A DNA stretch of 64,000 nucleotides. Source: a bacterium (GTDB lineage Bacteria; Patescibacteriota; Minisyncoccia; Minisyncoccales; CG1-02-41-26). This document shows, piece by piece, positions 9,177 to 18,580 of this stretch. Location: NCBI GenBank assembly GCA_030616605.1, contig JAUWWY010000001.1, forward strand, positions 68,251-132,250, given 5' to 3'. Within the stretch, counting starts at the first letter, position 1. Each line of letters begins with the position of its first letter. A program made the position numbers and the translations under genes. The notes under the pieces were generated by a model that was given only the letters and a program-made list of their open reading frames with translations, was not told where the DNA came from and made no database searches.

Positions 9177-9566
9177 ATGCCACGTATTGCCGGTATAAAC
9201 ATACCAGAAAATAAACAAATTGAGGTTGCTTTAACCTCTATTTATGGAATAGGGAGGTCTTTGGCTTTAAAAATTTTAAAAAAAACCAATGTTAATCCAA
9301 TGAAAAAAGCAAAAGATTTAACTGAAAAAGAAGTTTCTGATTTAAGAAAAATTATAGAAGAAAATCATAAAGTAGAAGGCGACCTCAAACGAGAGATAAT
9401 GGGGAGTATAAAGCGGTTAAAAGAGATTAAATGCTGGCGCGGAATTCGCCATTCTAAAGGATTGCCAGTCCGGGGTCAGAAAACAAGGAAAAATTCAAGG
9501 ACAATCAGAAAGAATATAAGAAGAACGGTGAGTTCAGGTCGAAAAGCGCCGCCAGCACCAAAGTAA
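9177..9566 (+). CDS. rpsM: 30S ribosomal protein S13
   Basis: It opens MPRIAGINIPENKQIEVALTSIYGIGRS, and the gene order is canonical. Confidence 0.95.
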   Translation: MPRIAGINIPENKQIEVALTSIYGIGRSLALKILKKTNVNPMKKAKDLTEKEVSDLRKIIEENHKVEGDLKREIMGSIKRLKEIKCWRGIRHSKGLPVRGQKTRKNSRTIRKNIRRTVSSGRKAPPAPK

Positions 9567-9582
9567 AAATAAAAGTAAAAAC

Positions 9583-10035
9583 ATGGGAAAGAAACGTATC
9601 GTTAAAAAAACTGAAAAAGAGCTTTTAGAAGAAAAAGAAAAAGTTGACCAGAAATTAAAAAAAGACATTTCGCTAAAACCCTTAGAAAGAGTAGGAAGGG
9701 GAAGAATTTATATTTCTTCAACCTACAACAATACCATTATTACTTTGACTGACCAATTAGGAAATGTTTTACTTTGGAGAAGCGCTGGCAATATTGGTTT
9801 TAAGGGGACAAAGAAAGGAACTTCTTATGCTGCTTCTCGAGTTGCCCAAGCAATTGCTGAAATTTGTAATAGGCTAAAAATAAAAGAAGTTGATGTTTTT
9901 GTGAAAGGAATTGGGGGAGGAAGAGATACTGCTTTGAGAACTTTGTCAAATCAAGGGTTGGAAATTGAAAGTATTCGAGATGTTACACCGATTCCCCACA
10001 ACGGCTGTCGACCACGAAAACCCCGGAGGGTATAA
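9583..10035 (+). CDS. rpsK: 30S ribosomal protein S11 with Lys/Glu-rich N-terminal extension
   Basis: It contains the core GRIYISSTYNNTIITLTD..G and FKGTKKGTSYAA, and ends RPRKPRRV. Confidence 0.95.
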   Translation: MGKKRIVKKTEKELLEEKEKVDQKLKKDISLKPLERVGRGRIYISSTYNNTIITLTDQLGNVLLWRSAGNIGFKGTKKGTSYAASRVAQAIAEICNRLKIKEVDVFVKGIGGGRDTALRTLSNQGLEIESIRDVTPIPHNGCRPRKPRRV

Positions 10036-10038
10036 TCT

Positions 10039-10674
10039 ATGACGAACAATGTTTGTAAAATTTGTAGAAGAGCAGGAGAGAAACTTTTTTTAAAAGGAGA
10101 AAAGTGTTTATCACCTAAATGTCCACTGGTTAAAAAACCTTATCCTCCTGGTCAGAAAAAAAAGAGGAGAAGAAGAGGGGGAGGTCTCTCTGAGTATGGG
10201 AAAGAATTGCTTGAAAAACAAAAAATGAAACTATGGTATGGGGTTTCCGAACACCAGTTTAAAAATTATGTTAAAGAAGTTTTGAAAAAAAGAGGAGGGA
10301 GTAAAGATGCTTCTCTGGAACTGATTAAAAAACTTGAGAAAAGATTAGATAATGTTATCTATCGCTTGGGATTAGCTTCTTCAAGAGCCCAGGCCCGTCA
10401 GATTGTCAGTCACAGTCATTTTTTAGTGAACAAAAAACCAGTTAACATTCCTTCCTATCAAGTAAAAAAGGGAGATGTAATTTCTCTTAAAAAACAGAAG
10501 ACGGGGAAAGCATATTACAAGACAGTTATTTTAACCTTAAAGCAAACTGAACCTCCTTCTTGGCTCAAATTAGATAAAGAAAAACTAATAGGAAAGGTAA
10601 TTGAAGAACCTACCCTGGAAGATTCCGGTCTTCCTATGGAAATTCCGTCAATTTTTGAGTTTTACTCACGTTAA
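10039..10674 (+). CDS. rpsD: 30S ribosomal protein S4 (Zn-ribbon type)
   Basis: It has an N-terminal CKICRR..C..PKC motif and the S4 domain RLDNVIYRLGLASSRAQARQIVSHSHF. Confidence 0.95.
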   Translation: MTNNVCKICRRAGEKLFLKGEKCLSPKCPLVKKPYPPGQKKKRRRRGGGLSEYGKELLEKQKMKLWYGVSEHQFKNYVKEVLKKRGGSKDASLELIKKLEKRLDNVIYRLGLASSRAQARQIVSHSHFLVNKKPVNIPSYQVKKGDVISLKKQKTGKAYYKTVILTLKQTEPPSWLKLDKEKLIGKVIEEPTLEDSGLPMEIPSIFEFYSR

Positions 10675-10697
10675 AAGAATCCGTAAAGTTCGCCTCT

Positions 10698-10720
10698 ATA
10701 AATTTGCCTAACAAATTTAT
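10698..10720 (+). promoter_or_regulatory. Perfect 9-bp hairpin in the rpsD-rpoA spacer
   Basis: The stem ataaatttg / caaatttat has loop cctaa. A weaker outer pairing (atccgt / acggtt) flanks it. Confidence 0.3.
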
Positions 10721-10745
10721 GTGGTTCACTAACGGTTTCTAACAT

Positions 10746-11702
10746 ATGATTTCATTACCCAATCAACCAAAAATTATCCAAAAAAAAGATAACAAAGCTA
10801 TTTTTGAAATTGAACCGTTGTATCCTGGCTATGGAGTAACTGTTGTTAACACCTATCGCCGAGTTTTACTCTCTTCCTTAGAAGGAGCAGCTATTACCCA
10901 AGTTAAAATTAAAGGAGTTAGCCATGAATTTTCAACTATTCCCGGAGTTTTGGAAGATGTAGTTATGATTTTACTCAATTTAAAAAGAATAAGGCTTAAG
11001 AATTGGAGCGAAGAACCTCAAACTATTACTCTTCATGTTAAGGGCGAAAAAGAAGTAAAAGCTAAGGATTTTAAATTAAATCCTCAAATAAAGTTAGCAA
11101 ATCCAGAAGCCCATATTGCAACACTAACCGAAAAAAAAGCAGAACTTCAAATTGAAGCTAAAATTGAAAAAGGAGTTGGTTATCTTTTATTAGAAGAGAG
11201 AGAAGAGAAAAAAGGTGAAATAGGTGTAATTATGATAGATGCTATTTTTAGTCCGGTAAAAAAAGTGAGTTTCAAAATAGAAAATGTAAGAGTAGGGAAA
11301 AGAACTGACTTTGAAAGATTAGAATTAAAAATTGAAACTGATGGTGTCATAACGCCAGAAGAAGCCTTTTCTCAAGCAACAGATATTTTAGTTGATCACT
11401 TTTCTCTTTTTTCAAAGTTTGGAAAAGAAGAAAAAGTAGCAAAAAAAGCTCCGGATACCAAAACCACAGTGGCTAAAGAAAAAAAAGAAAGCAAAAAAAA
11501 GGATGTTAAAAAAATAGAGATTGAGAGTTTGAAAATTTCTGAAAGAACTAAAAATTCTTTATTGCAAAACAATCTGAAAACAATTGGTGGAATTTTAAGA
11601 AAATCAGAAACAGATCTTTTAAATATTAAAAGTATGGGAGAAAAAGGAATTAAGGAAATAAAGAAAGCATTAAAGAAATTCGGTTTAGAATTGAAAGAAT
11701 AA
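10746..11702 (+). CDS. rpoA: DNA-directed RNA polymerase subunit alpha
   Basis: It has an N-terminal dimerisation domain (GYGVTVVNTYRRVLLSS) and a C-terminal HhH domain (SERTKNSLLQNNLKTIGGIL). Confidence 0.95.
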   Translation: MISLPNQPKIIQKKDNKAIFEIEPLYPGYGVTVVNTYRRVLLSSLEGAAITQVKIKGVSHEFSTIPGVLEDVVMILLNLKRIRLKNWSEEPQTITLHVKGEKEVKAKDFKLNPQIKLANPEAHIATLTEKKAELQIEAKIEKGVGYLLLEEREEKKGEIGVIMIDAIFSPVKKVSFKIENVRVGKRTDFERLELKIETDGVITPEEAFSQATDILVDHFSLFSKFGKEEKVAKKAPDTKTTVAKEKKESKKKDVKKIEIESLKISERTKNSLLQNNLKTIGGILRKSETDLLNIKSMGEKGIKEIKKALKKFGLELKE

Positions 11703-11720
11703 TTAAATCTCTATTATTTT

Positions 11721-12071
11721 ATGCGTAAGTTAAAAAAAGGGAAAAAATTTTCAAGAAAACGAAATCAAAGAAAGGCATTGATAAAAAGTTTAAGTGCTGA
11801 ACTTTTTTTACATGAAAGAATTAGAACAACCGAGGCCAAAGCAAAAGAATTAAGAAGATTTGCTGAAAAATTTATAACTTGGGCTAAAAAGGGAGATTTA
11901 GCTTCAAGAAGATATTTATTGCGTTATTTTCAAAAAAAATTAGTTAAAAAATTAATTGATGAAATTGGTCCCAGATTTAAACAAAGACAAGGAGGATATA
12001 CCAGGATTATAAAGTTAGGTCCCAGAAAAAGTGATGGAGCAAAGATAGCAATAATAGAGTTGCTAAAGTAA
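11721..12071 (+). CDS. rplQ: 50S ribosomal protein L17
   Basis: Motifs are [21 protein letters not shown] and [17 protein letters not shown]. Confidence 0.95.
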   Translation: MRKLKKGKKFSRKRNQRKALIKSLSAELFLHERIRTTEAKAKELRRFAEKFITWAKKGDLASRRYLLRYFQKKLVKKLIDEIGPRFKQRQGGYTRIIKLGPRKSDGAKIAIIELLK

Positions 12072-12073
12072 TT

Positions 12074-12421
12074 ATGCAGCGCAAAACCAATACAATAGAT
12101 GCTAACGGGAAAGTATTAGGACGATTAGCAGTAGAAATCGCGAGATTACTACGGGGTAAAGATAAACCAGATTTTATGCCGCACAAAGATGAGGGAGATT
12201 TCGTAGTGGTCAAAAATGTTAAGAAAATAAAAGTAACCGGTAAGAAAATGAAACAAAAAGTTTATTACCGCTATAGTGGTTATCCTGGAGGATTAAAGGA
12301 AATCCCGATGGAAAAACTTTTTAAAGAAAGACCCCAGGAAGTACTAAAAAGGGCGGTTTGGGGAATGTTGCCTAAAAACAAATTGAGAGCAAAAATGATG
12401 AAACGTTTGAAGATAACATAA
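12074..12421 (+). CDS. rplM: 50S ribosomal protein L13 (short form)
   Basis: Motifs are [22 protein letters not shown] and [10 protein letters not shown]. Confidence 0.9.
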   Translation: MQRKTNTIDANGKVLGRLAVEIARLLRGKDKPDFMPHKDEGDFVVVKNVKKIKVTGKKMKQKVYYRYSGYPGGLKEIPMEKLFKERPQEVLKRAVWGMLPKNKLRAKMMKRLKIT

Positions 12422-12425
12422 AATT

Positions 12426-12947
12426 ATGCCTAAAGTTAAAACTACGACAAAAACTAAAACCAAAAAAACTAAAGAAACCAAAAAAAATCGCCAGGCGATA
12501 GCCAAAAAGATAAGAAAAAAAACTCCCTTAAAAGAAGAGAAAGAATTAGACAAGGAACCAAAGTATTTTGAGGCAGTTGGACGGAGAAAGACTTCAATTG
12601 CCAGAGTTCGGCTTTTTACTCAAGGAAAAAAAGAGATTTTAATTAATAATAAACCTTACAAAGTTTATTTTCCGATTTTGTCTCTACAAAAAGATGTTGA
12701 AGCGCCATTTGAAAAATTAAATTGTTTGGACAAATTTAGCACCTCTATTAGAGTGAAGGGAGGGGGAATTTTTTCTCAGGCAGGGGCTTGTCGCCATGGT
12801 TTATCCCGGGCTCTGGTTTTACTTAACCCTTATTTCAGAAAAAGATTAAAAAAAGCTGGTTTTTTGACTCGGGATTCTCGGATGAGAGAAAGAAAAAAGT
12901 TTGGTTTAAAGAGAGCCAGGAGGGCTCCTCAGTGGTCAAAAAGATAA
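12426..12947 (+). CDS. rpsI: 30S ribosomal protein S9 with Lys/Thr-rich N-terminal extension
   Basis: It has the core GRRKTSIARVRL, GGGIFSQAGACRHGLSRAL and a C-terminal KFGLKRARRAPQWSKR. Confidence 0.9.
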   Translation: MPKVKTTTKTKTKKTKETKKNRQAIAKKIRKKTPLKEEKELDKEPKYFEAVGRRKTSIARVRLFTQGKKEILINNKPYKVYFPILSLQKDVEAPFEKLNCLDKFSTSIRVKGGGIFSQAGACRHGLSRALVLLNPYFRKRLKKAGFLTRDSRMRERKKFGLKRARRAPQWSKR

Positions 12948-12948
12948 T

Positions 12949-13641
12949 ATGCTTAGAGAACTTATTGACAAATTTTATTTGGATCAACAGAAAAATAAAG
13001 AGCAGACTCGCTTTTATATTTCAGATGCTGGCAAGTGTTCCAGAACAGTCTTTTTTAAATTTAAAAATGCACCCCGGGAAAAGCTGGATGCCCGGATTTT
13101 AAGGATATTTGACCATGGGGAATATCTTCATAGAAACATTTTTAATATTTTATATCGTCTAAGAATTGGCGTAACAACAGAAGTGCCAATTCCGGCTCAA
13201 GAAATAGTATCTGGCAGAGCCGATGCTATTGTATGTATAGACAATGAAAATTATGTCCTGGATATTAAAAGTATGAACAGCATGATTTTTAGAAATTTGA
13301 CTGCTCCTAAAGAAGAAAACGTTTATCAGCTTCAGCTTTATCTTCATTATTTCAATATTAAAAAAGGAATATTGTTTTATATAGACAAAGACCGGCAAAA
13401 CATTAAAGAATTTATAATTGATTACGACCCTGATCTTTGCCAGCGCCTTTTAAACGATTTTAAAGAGCTTAAAGAAAAAATTGATTCTGATATTGTACCC
13501 CAAACTCTTCTTGATTATCCAGATAATTGGCAATGTAGTTACTGTCCCTTCCGAGTAATTTGCGATATGGCATCCAGAGAAGAAATTAGTTGGCTAGAGT
13601 TTAAAAAAAAGATTCAAGAACAAAGTGGAAAAAGCCAATAA
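12949..13641 (+). CDS. Cas4-like PD-(D/E)XK nuclease with 4-Cys cluster motif
   Basis: It has an N-terminal Cys (DAGKCSR), a D...D-x-K core (RADAIV..VLDIKS), a QLQLY motif and a C-terminal C-x2-C-x5-C (CSYCPFRVIC). Confidence 0.7.
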   Translation: MLRELIDKFYLDQQKNKEQTRFYISDAGKCSRTVFFKFKNAPREKLDARILRIFDHGEYLHRNIFNILYRLRIGVTTEVPIPAQEIVSGRADAIVCIDNENYVLDIKSMNSMIFRNLTAPKEENVYQLQLYLHYFNIKKGILFYIDKDRQNIKEFIIDYDPDLCQRLLNDFKELKEKIDSDIVPQTLLDYPDNWQCSYCPFRVICDMASREEISWLEFKKKIQEQSGKSQ

Positions 13642-13685
13642 TTATGACTTTATTTGACAAAATAAAAATGGTAAAATGAGATAAT

Positions 13686-14558
13686 ATGTTTCAGATAAAT
13701 AAAAACATTCTAAAAGAAGTTTACAAAAAAAGATCTCCTGATGCTAAAAAGTATGATTTTGGATTATTATTGGTTATTGGTGGTTCTCAGTTTTATACTG
13801 GTTCACCGGCTTTTTCGGCAATGGCAGCCTTCAGAGCAGGATGCGATATGATTCATATTATGGCTCCCAAAAGAGCGGCTGATATTATAGCTTCTTTTTC
13901 TCCAAATCTAGCAACTTATCCTTTAAAGGGGGTCTGGTTAGATAAGGAGGATTTAGCCACCTTAATTTCAATGACCGAATCAGCGAAGAGAGTAAGCAAT
14001 AATAAAACAGCAGTGGTAATCGGCGGGGGTTTAGGGAGGTCAGATGAAACAAAAGATACAATCTTAGAATATCTCAGTCAAATTGATATTCCTTCTGTAA
14101 TTGATGCTGATGCTATTTTTGCTTTATCTAAAAATCCAGAAGTTATTAAAGGAAAAAATTGCTTAATTACTCCTCATGCTTATGAATTTTTTCTCTTGAC
14201 TAATAAAGAAGTTTCAGGGTTAGAAGATGAAAAGAAAATAAGTTTAGTTCAAGAAGAAGCTGAAAGATTAGAAGCAACTATTTTACTTAAAGGAAAAAAG
14301 GATATTATAGTTTCTAGTAAAAGAGAAATTGCTCTAAATAAATCAGGCTCTCCTTCAATGACTGTTGGAGGAACAGGAGATACATTAGCTGGAATTGCAG
14401 GCGCTTTGATGTCTCGAGGAATAGAAACTTTTAAAGCTGGCTGTGCTGCTTCCTATATCAATGGATTAGCTGGAGAAAGAGCAGCTAAAAAATTAGGAGA
14501 ATCAATGTTAGCCACTGATTTAATTGAGGAAATTCCTTACGTTTTACCCAAGACCTAA
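13686..14558 (+). CDS. nnrD: ADP-dependent NAD(P)H-hydrate dehydratase (YjeF C-terminal family)
   Basis: Motifs are GGSQFYTGSPAFSAMAAFRAGCD, ITPHAYEF and GGTGDTLAG. Confidence 0.8.
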   Translation: MFQINKNILKEVYKKRSPDAKKYDFGLLLVIGGSQFYTGSPAFSAMAAFRAGCDMIHIMAPKRAADIIASFSPNLATYPLKGVWLDKEDLATLISMTESAKRVSNNKTAVVIGGGLGRSDETKDTILEYLSQIDIPSVIDADAIFALSKNPEVIKGKNCLITPHAYEFFLLTNKEVSGLEDEKKISLVQEEAERLEATILLKGKKDIIVSSKREIALNKSGSPSMTVGGTGDTLAGIAGALMSRGIETFKAGCAASYINGLAGERAAKKLGESMLATDLIEEIPYVLPKT

Positions 14559-14580
14559 TTGTTTAGCTGATTAAGAGATT

Positions 14581-14610
14581 AACTATGAGTTTTAACCTCA
14601 TAGTTTTTAT
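14581..14610 (+). terminator. Rho-independent terminator
   Basis: A 9-bp stem (aactatgag / ctcatagtt) is followed by a T run. Confidence 0.7.
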
Positions 14611-14612
14611 TT

Positions 14613-14647
14613 ACCCAGCACCACTTTCTAAAAAAGTGGTGCTGGGT
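14613..14647. repeat. Conserved 15-bp-stem hairpin element, copy 1 (ACCCAGCACCACTTT / AAAGTGGTGCTGGGT)
   Basis: The stem is perfect. The same stem sequence recurs at 24721..24756 with a different loop. Confidence 0.85.
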
Positions 14648-14688
14648 TTACTTGCCAAAATTTTAATTTTTGGTTAAACTAAAAAGAT

Positions 14689-15948
14689 ATGAGTGAAAAA
14701 TTCTTAATTAGGGGTCAAGAGAAGCTTGAAGGTGAAATTGAAGTCAGGGGAGCAAAGAATGCTGCTGGTCCTGTTTTAGCAGCAACGCTTCTGACTGATA
14801 AAGAGTGTATTATTGGTAATCTTCCCAAAGTTGCTGATATTTTAAATCTTTTAGATATATTAAAAGATATTGGAAAAGAAATAGAATGGACTGGCGAAAG
14901 AGAAATTAGGATAAAAGGGGGAGAAATTGACCCCCAAAAATTAGATTTTGAAAAGATTTCCAAATCAAGAACTTCTGTTCTTTTAATAGGCGGCCTTTTA
15001 TCTCAAATCAGAGAATTTAAAATTTCCCGGCCCGGAGGAGACAGAATTGGCCTGAGACCCATCAATGTCCATCTTAATGCTCTAAGAGAATTGGGGGTCG
15101 AGATAAAAGAGAACGGAGATTTTTATTATTTTAAATCGGAAAAACTTCAGGGAAAAGAAATTACTTTACCGGAATTTAGTGTAACCGCTACTGAAAATTT
15201 AATAATGGCAACTGTTTTAGCTGAAGGAAAAACAGTGATTAAGGGAGTGGCTCAGGAACCCCAGATTCAAGATTTGATTGAAATGTTGAATAAAATGGGA
15301 GCTAAGATTGAAAAGGTCTGGCCTAATATTTTAAAAATTGAAGGAGTTGAAAAATTAAAAGGCGTGGAACATAAAATTATTCCTGATCCGATTGAAGCGG
15401 GAACTTTTTTGGTAATTGGAGCTCTCAGAGGAAAAAAGGTTTTAGTAAAAAACTTGAATCCCGAACACTTAAATCTCTTTTTGATAAAACTTAAAGAGAT
15501 AGGGGTTAATTTCAAAAAAAATAAGGATTCAATTGAAATCCAAAAAACAGAGAATTTAAGACCTGTTAGAATTCAAGCCCTTCCTTATCCCGGCTTTCCA
15601 ACCGACCTTTTACCTTTAATTATTCCTCTTTTAACTCAAATTAAAGGAAAAAGTTTGATTCATGATCCTTTGTATGAAAATAGATTAAATTATGTTCATC
15701 AATTGAGAAAAATGGGAGCTGATATTGAAATTGTTGATCCTCATAGAGCTTTTATTTTCGGAAAAACTCCTCTTCAAGGGGTAACTATTGAATCCTGGGA
15801 CATAAGAGCAGGGGCGGCATTAGTTGTAGCTGCTCTTATGGCAGAGGGGGAGAGCAGAGTTGAAAATATTTATCAGATAGACAGGGGATATGAGAAGCTG
15901 GAAGAAAGACTTCAAAAACTAGGAGCAGATATAAAACGAATAAACTAA
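14689..15948 (+). CDS. murA: UDP-N-acetylglucosamine 1-carboxyvinyltransferase
   Basis: It opens with an EPSP-synthase fold (L.G.I.V.GAKNAA..) and shows the typical PGFPTD motif. Length is 419 aa. Confidence 0.95.
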   Translation: MSEKFLIRGQEKLEGEIEVRGAKNAAGPVLAATLLTDKECIIGNLPKVADILNLLDILKDIGKEIEWTGEREIRIKGGEIDPQKLDFEKISKSRTSVLLIGGLLSQIREFKISRPGGDRIGLRPINVHLNALRELGVEIKENGDFYYFKSEKLQGKEITLPEFSVTATENLIMATVLAEGKTVIKGVAQEPQIQDLIEMLNKMGAKIEKVWPNILKIEGVEKLKGVEHKIIPDPIEAGTFLVIGALRGKKVLVKNLNPEHLNLFLIKLKEIGVNFKKNKDSIEIQKTENLRPVRIQALPYPGFPTDLLPLIIPLLTQIKGKSLIHDPLYENRLNYVHQLRKMGADIEIVDPHRAFIFGKTPLQGVTIESWDIRAGAALVVAALMAEGESRVENIYQIDRGYEKLEERLQKLGADIKRIN

Positions 15949-15960
15949 TAATTGAAAACT

Positions 15961-16974
15961 ATGTTTTTATTTACCACTAAAATAGCAATTGATCTGGGAA
16001 CTTGCAATTCACTGGTTTTTGTTCCCAAAAGGGAAATAATTTTACAGGAACCTTCAGTAGTAGCTATAACTTATCCAGAGAAAAAGATTTTAGCTGTGGG
16101 TGAAGAAGCAAAATTAATGATTGGGCGTACTCCCGAGACAATAAGAGTCTACCGTCCCTTAAAAGACGGGGTTATTGCTGATTATAAAGTAACTCAAGCC
16201 ATGCTCAGGCATTTTATTGAGAAAGCTCAACATAGATTTAATCCTTTTAAGCCTGATTTAGTAATTTCTATCCCTGCTGGTTCTACTTCCACTGAAAGGA
16301 GAGCAGTAATTGAAGCTGCTTTAAGTTCCGGGGCAAGGCGAGCTTTTGTTGTTAAAGAACCGATATTGGCAGCAATTGGGGCTGGAATTCCTATTAATTC
16401 AAGTCAGGGTAATATAGTTATTGATGTTGGTGGGGGAACTTCAGAAATTGCCGTGATTTCTCTTGGTGGTATTGTTGCTTCCGATTCCATCAGAATCGGT
16501 GGAGACAAAATGGATTCGGCTATTTCAGATTATATTAAAAAGAAATATAATTTAGCAATTGGCACTCAAACAGCCGAAGAAATAAAAATAAAGATTGGCT
16601 CAGCGACTCATCAGAAAAAAGAAAATTTTTTTGAAGTCAAGGGAAGAGATTTGATTTCCGGACTACCAAGAAACATTAAAGTTTCTTCCAATAAATTAGT
16701 TGAACCTTTAGAGGCGGTTTTACAAGAGATTATAGAAGCAATAAAAAAAGTCTTAAGAAGAACCCCGCCGGAACTTGCAGCAGATATTATGGATAAGGGA
16801 ATGATTCTTACTGGTGGAGGAGCTTTACTGAGAAACATTGATCAATCAATAGCTAGGGCTACTGGTGTACCTTGTTTTGTCGGTGAAGATTCTTTATTTT
16901 GCGTAATTAAGGGAATAGGAGTGGTTCTCGAGAACTTGGAAACTTATAAGAAAAGTCTAATGAGTAAGAAGTAG
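15961..16974 (+). CDS. mreB: Rod shape-determining protein MreB (paralog 1)
   Basis: Motifs are IAIDLGTCNSLV, KDGVIADY and IDVGGGTSEIAVISLGG. The ATG at 15961 is preferred over the TTG at 15952. Confidence 0.9.
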   Translation: MFLFTTKIAIDLGTCNSLVFVPKREIILQEPSVVAITYPEKKILAVGEEAKLMIGRTPETIRVYRPLKDGVIADYKVTQAMLRHFIEKAQHRFNPFKPDLVISIPAGSTSTERRAVIEAALSSGARRAFVVKEPILAAIGAGIPINSSQGNIVIDVGGGTSEIAVISLGGIVASDSIRIGGDKMDSAISDYIKKKYNLAIGTQTAEEIKIKIGSATHQKKENFFEVKGRDLISGLPRNIKVSSNKLVEPLEAVLQEIIEAIKKVLRRTPPELAADIMDKGMILTGGGALLRNIDQSIARATGVPCFVGEDSLFCVIKGIGVVLENLETYKKSLMSKK

Positions 16975-16975
16975 T

Positions 16976-17935
16976 ATGCTTATTGGTCATAAAACTCAAT
17001 GGAAATTTCTTTGCCAAATAGCCGAGAATTCAAGAGTTGCCCAGGCAATGATTTTTTCTGGTCAAGATTCTTTAGGTAAAAAGAAAGTTGCTTTAGAGTT
17101 TGTCAAACTTTTAAGTTGTCAGGAAAAAGATTTTAAAAAGAAACCTTGTCAGAAGTGTTTATCTTGTAAAATAATTGAAAAAAATCAACACCCGGATTTA
17201 ACCTTAATAGCTCCAGAGAAAAAAGAAATTCAAATTTCCCAAATTAGAGATTTACAAAAGAATTTAAGTTTTAAGTCTCAAATTTCTTCTTTCAAATTTG
17301 CAATTATTGACCGAGCTGAAACTTTAAATTCTCAAGCTCAAAATTGTTTTTTAAAAACCCTGGAAGAACCAAAAGGTGATTCCTTATTGATTCTTGTTAC
17401 TTCTCAACCGAAAAACTTGTTTCGAACTATTTATTCAAGATGTCAGATTTTAAAATTTTATCCTCTTTCCTTTAAGGAGATAAAAGAGTATTTTAAATCT
17501 CAGCTTTCATCTTCAGAACTTGAAAAAATCTTTATAATATCTCAAGGAAAACCGGGTAAAATCATAGAATTTTTAAACAATCCTCAAAAATCTTTTTCAG
17601 TTTTTAAATCTTTTAAAGAAATAGAAAATTTGTTGAAATTAAATCTTTCTGAGAAATTTTCTTTCTCTAAAAATTTTTTTGAAGGAGAAACAAACGAAGA
17701 AAATTTAGTTTATTTTCTGGAAAACTTTGAGAACTATTTAAGAATAGTTTTTTTGAAAAAAGTGGGAATAAAAAATGAGGTTCTTGATTCTCTTTCTTTA
17801 AAAGTTCCCCAAGATTACTCTTTTTTTAAAATTAAAAAAGTAATTGATTCTATTGAAGATTTAAGGATTTTAAGCTCCCGGACCAATATTAATCAAAAAT
17901 TAGCTTTTGAAAACTTAATGATTACCCTCGGTTAA
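16976..17935 (+). CDS. holB: DNA polymerase III delta' subunit
   Basis: It has a degenerate clamp-loader AAA+ N-terminus, HPDL, a Zn-module-like C..C..C, and IIDRAE..N..AQNCFLKTLEEP. Confidence 0.8.
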   Translation: MLIGHKTQWKFLCQIAENSRVAQAMIFSGQDSLGKKKVALEFVKLLSCQEKDFKKKPCQKCLSCKIIEKNQHPDLTLIAPEKKEIQISQIRDLQKNLSFKSQISSFKFAIIDRAETLNSQAQNCFLKTLEEPKGDSLLILVTSQPKNLFRTIYSRCQILKFYPLSFKEIKEYFKSQLSSSELEKIFIISQGKPGKIIEFLNNPQKSFSVFKSFKEIENLLKLNLSEKFSFSKNFFEGETNEENLVYFLENFENYLRIVFLKKVGIKNEVLDSLSLKVPQDYSFFKIKKVIDSIEDLRILSSRTNINQKLAFENLMITLG

Positions 17936-17949
17936 CTCCACGGTAACTT

Positions 17950-18507
17950 ATGTCCTATCAAGAAATTTTAGATAAAATTAAACCTAATCTTGAAAAAGCT
18001 TTAGAGTTTTTCAAGGAGCAATTAAAAGAGATTCGGACCGGCGGAGTGTCGGCTGGTTTTATTGAAAATCTTAAAGTTGACTGCTTTGACTCGGTTTTGT
18101 CGTTGAAACAACTGGGAGCTATTTCAGTACCTTCTCCCCAGAAAATTTTAGTTCAACTTTGGGATAAAAGCTATCTTGAACAAGTTATTAAAGCCATTGA
18201 ACAGGAAAATCTCGGTTTTAGTATCAATATAGATGGTAATAATGTTTATCTTTTAGCTCCTCCTTTAACAGAGGAAAATAAGAAGATATTAATCAAGTTT
18301 TTAAACAAAAGAAAAGAAGAAATTTTTCAAAATATTCGCCATATAAGAGATGACGGGTGGAAAGAAATTCAAGATGGTTTTCAAAAAAGCGAGATTAGAG
18401 AAGATGATAAATATCGGGGAAAAGATGAATTAGAGGAACTTATCCGGGACTATCGAGAAAAAATAGAAGTTCTGGTTGAAAATAAAGAAAAAGAAATCCA
18501 AAGATAA
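17950..18507 (+). CDS. frr: Ribosome recycling factor
   Basis: It is 185 aa with the motifs IRTGGVS and E.RK..V+ and a typical length and charge pattern. Confidence 0.9.
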   Translation: MSYQEILDKIKPNLEKALEFFKEQLKEIRTGGVSAGFIENLKVDCFDSVLSLKQLGAISVPSPQKILVQLWDKSYLEQVIKAIEQENLGFSINIDGNNVYLLAPPLTEENKKILIKFLNKRKEEIFQNIRHIRDDGWKEIQDGFQKSEIREDDKYRGKDELEELIRDYREKIEVLVENKEKEIQR

Positions 18508-18512
18508 TATCC

Positions 18513-18541
18513 TTGACATAAGAAGAATTTTGTGTTAACAT
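18513..18541 (+). promoter_or_regulatory. Putative promoter TTGACA-17-TAACAT with TG extension
   Basis: Hexamers were read directly. An AGGAG lies 9 nt before the ATG at 18581. Confidence 0.45.
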
Positions 18542-18580
18542 ATAAGTGTTCATTAAAATTTAAAATAGGAGAATTTAAAA

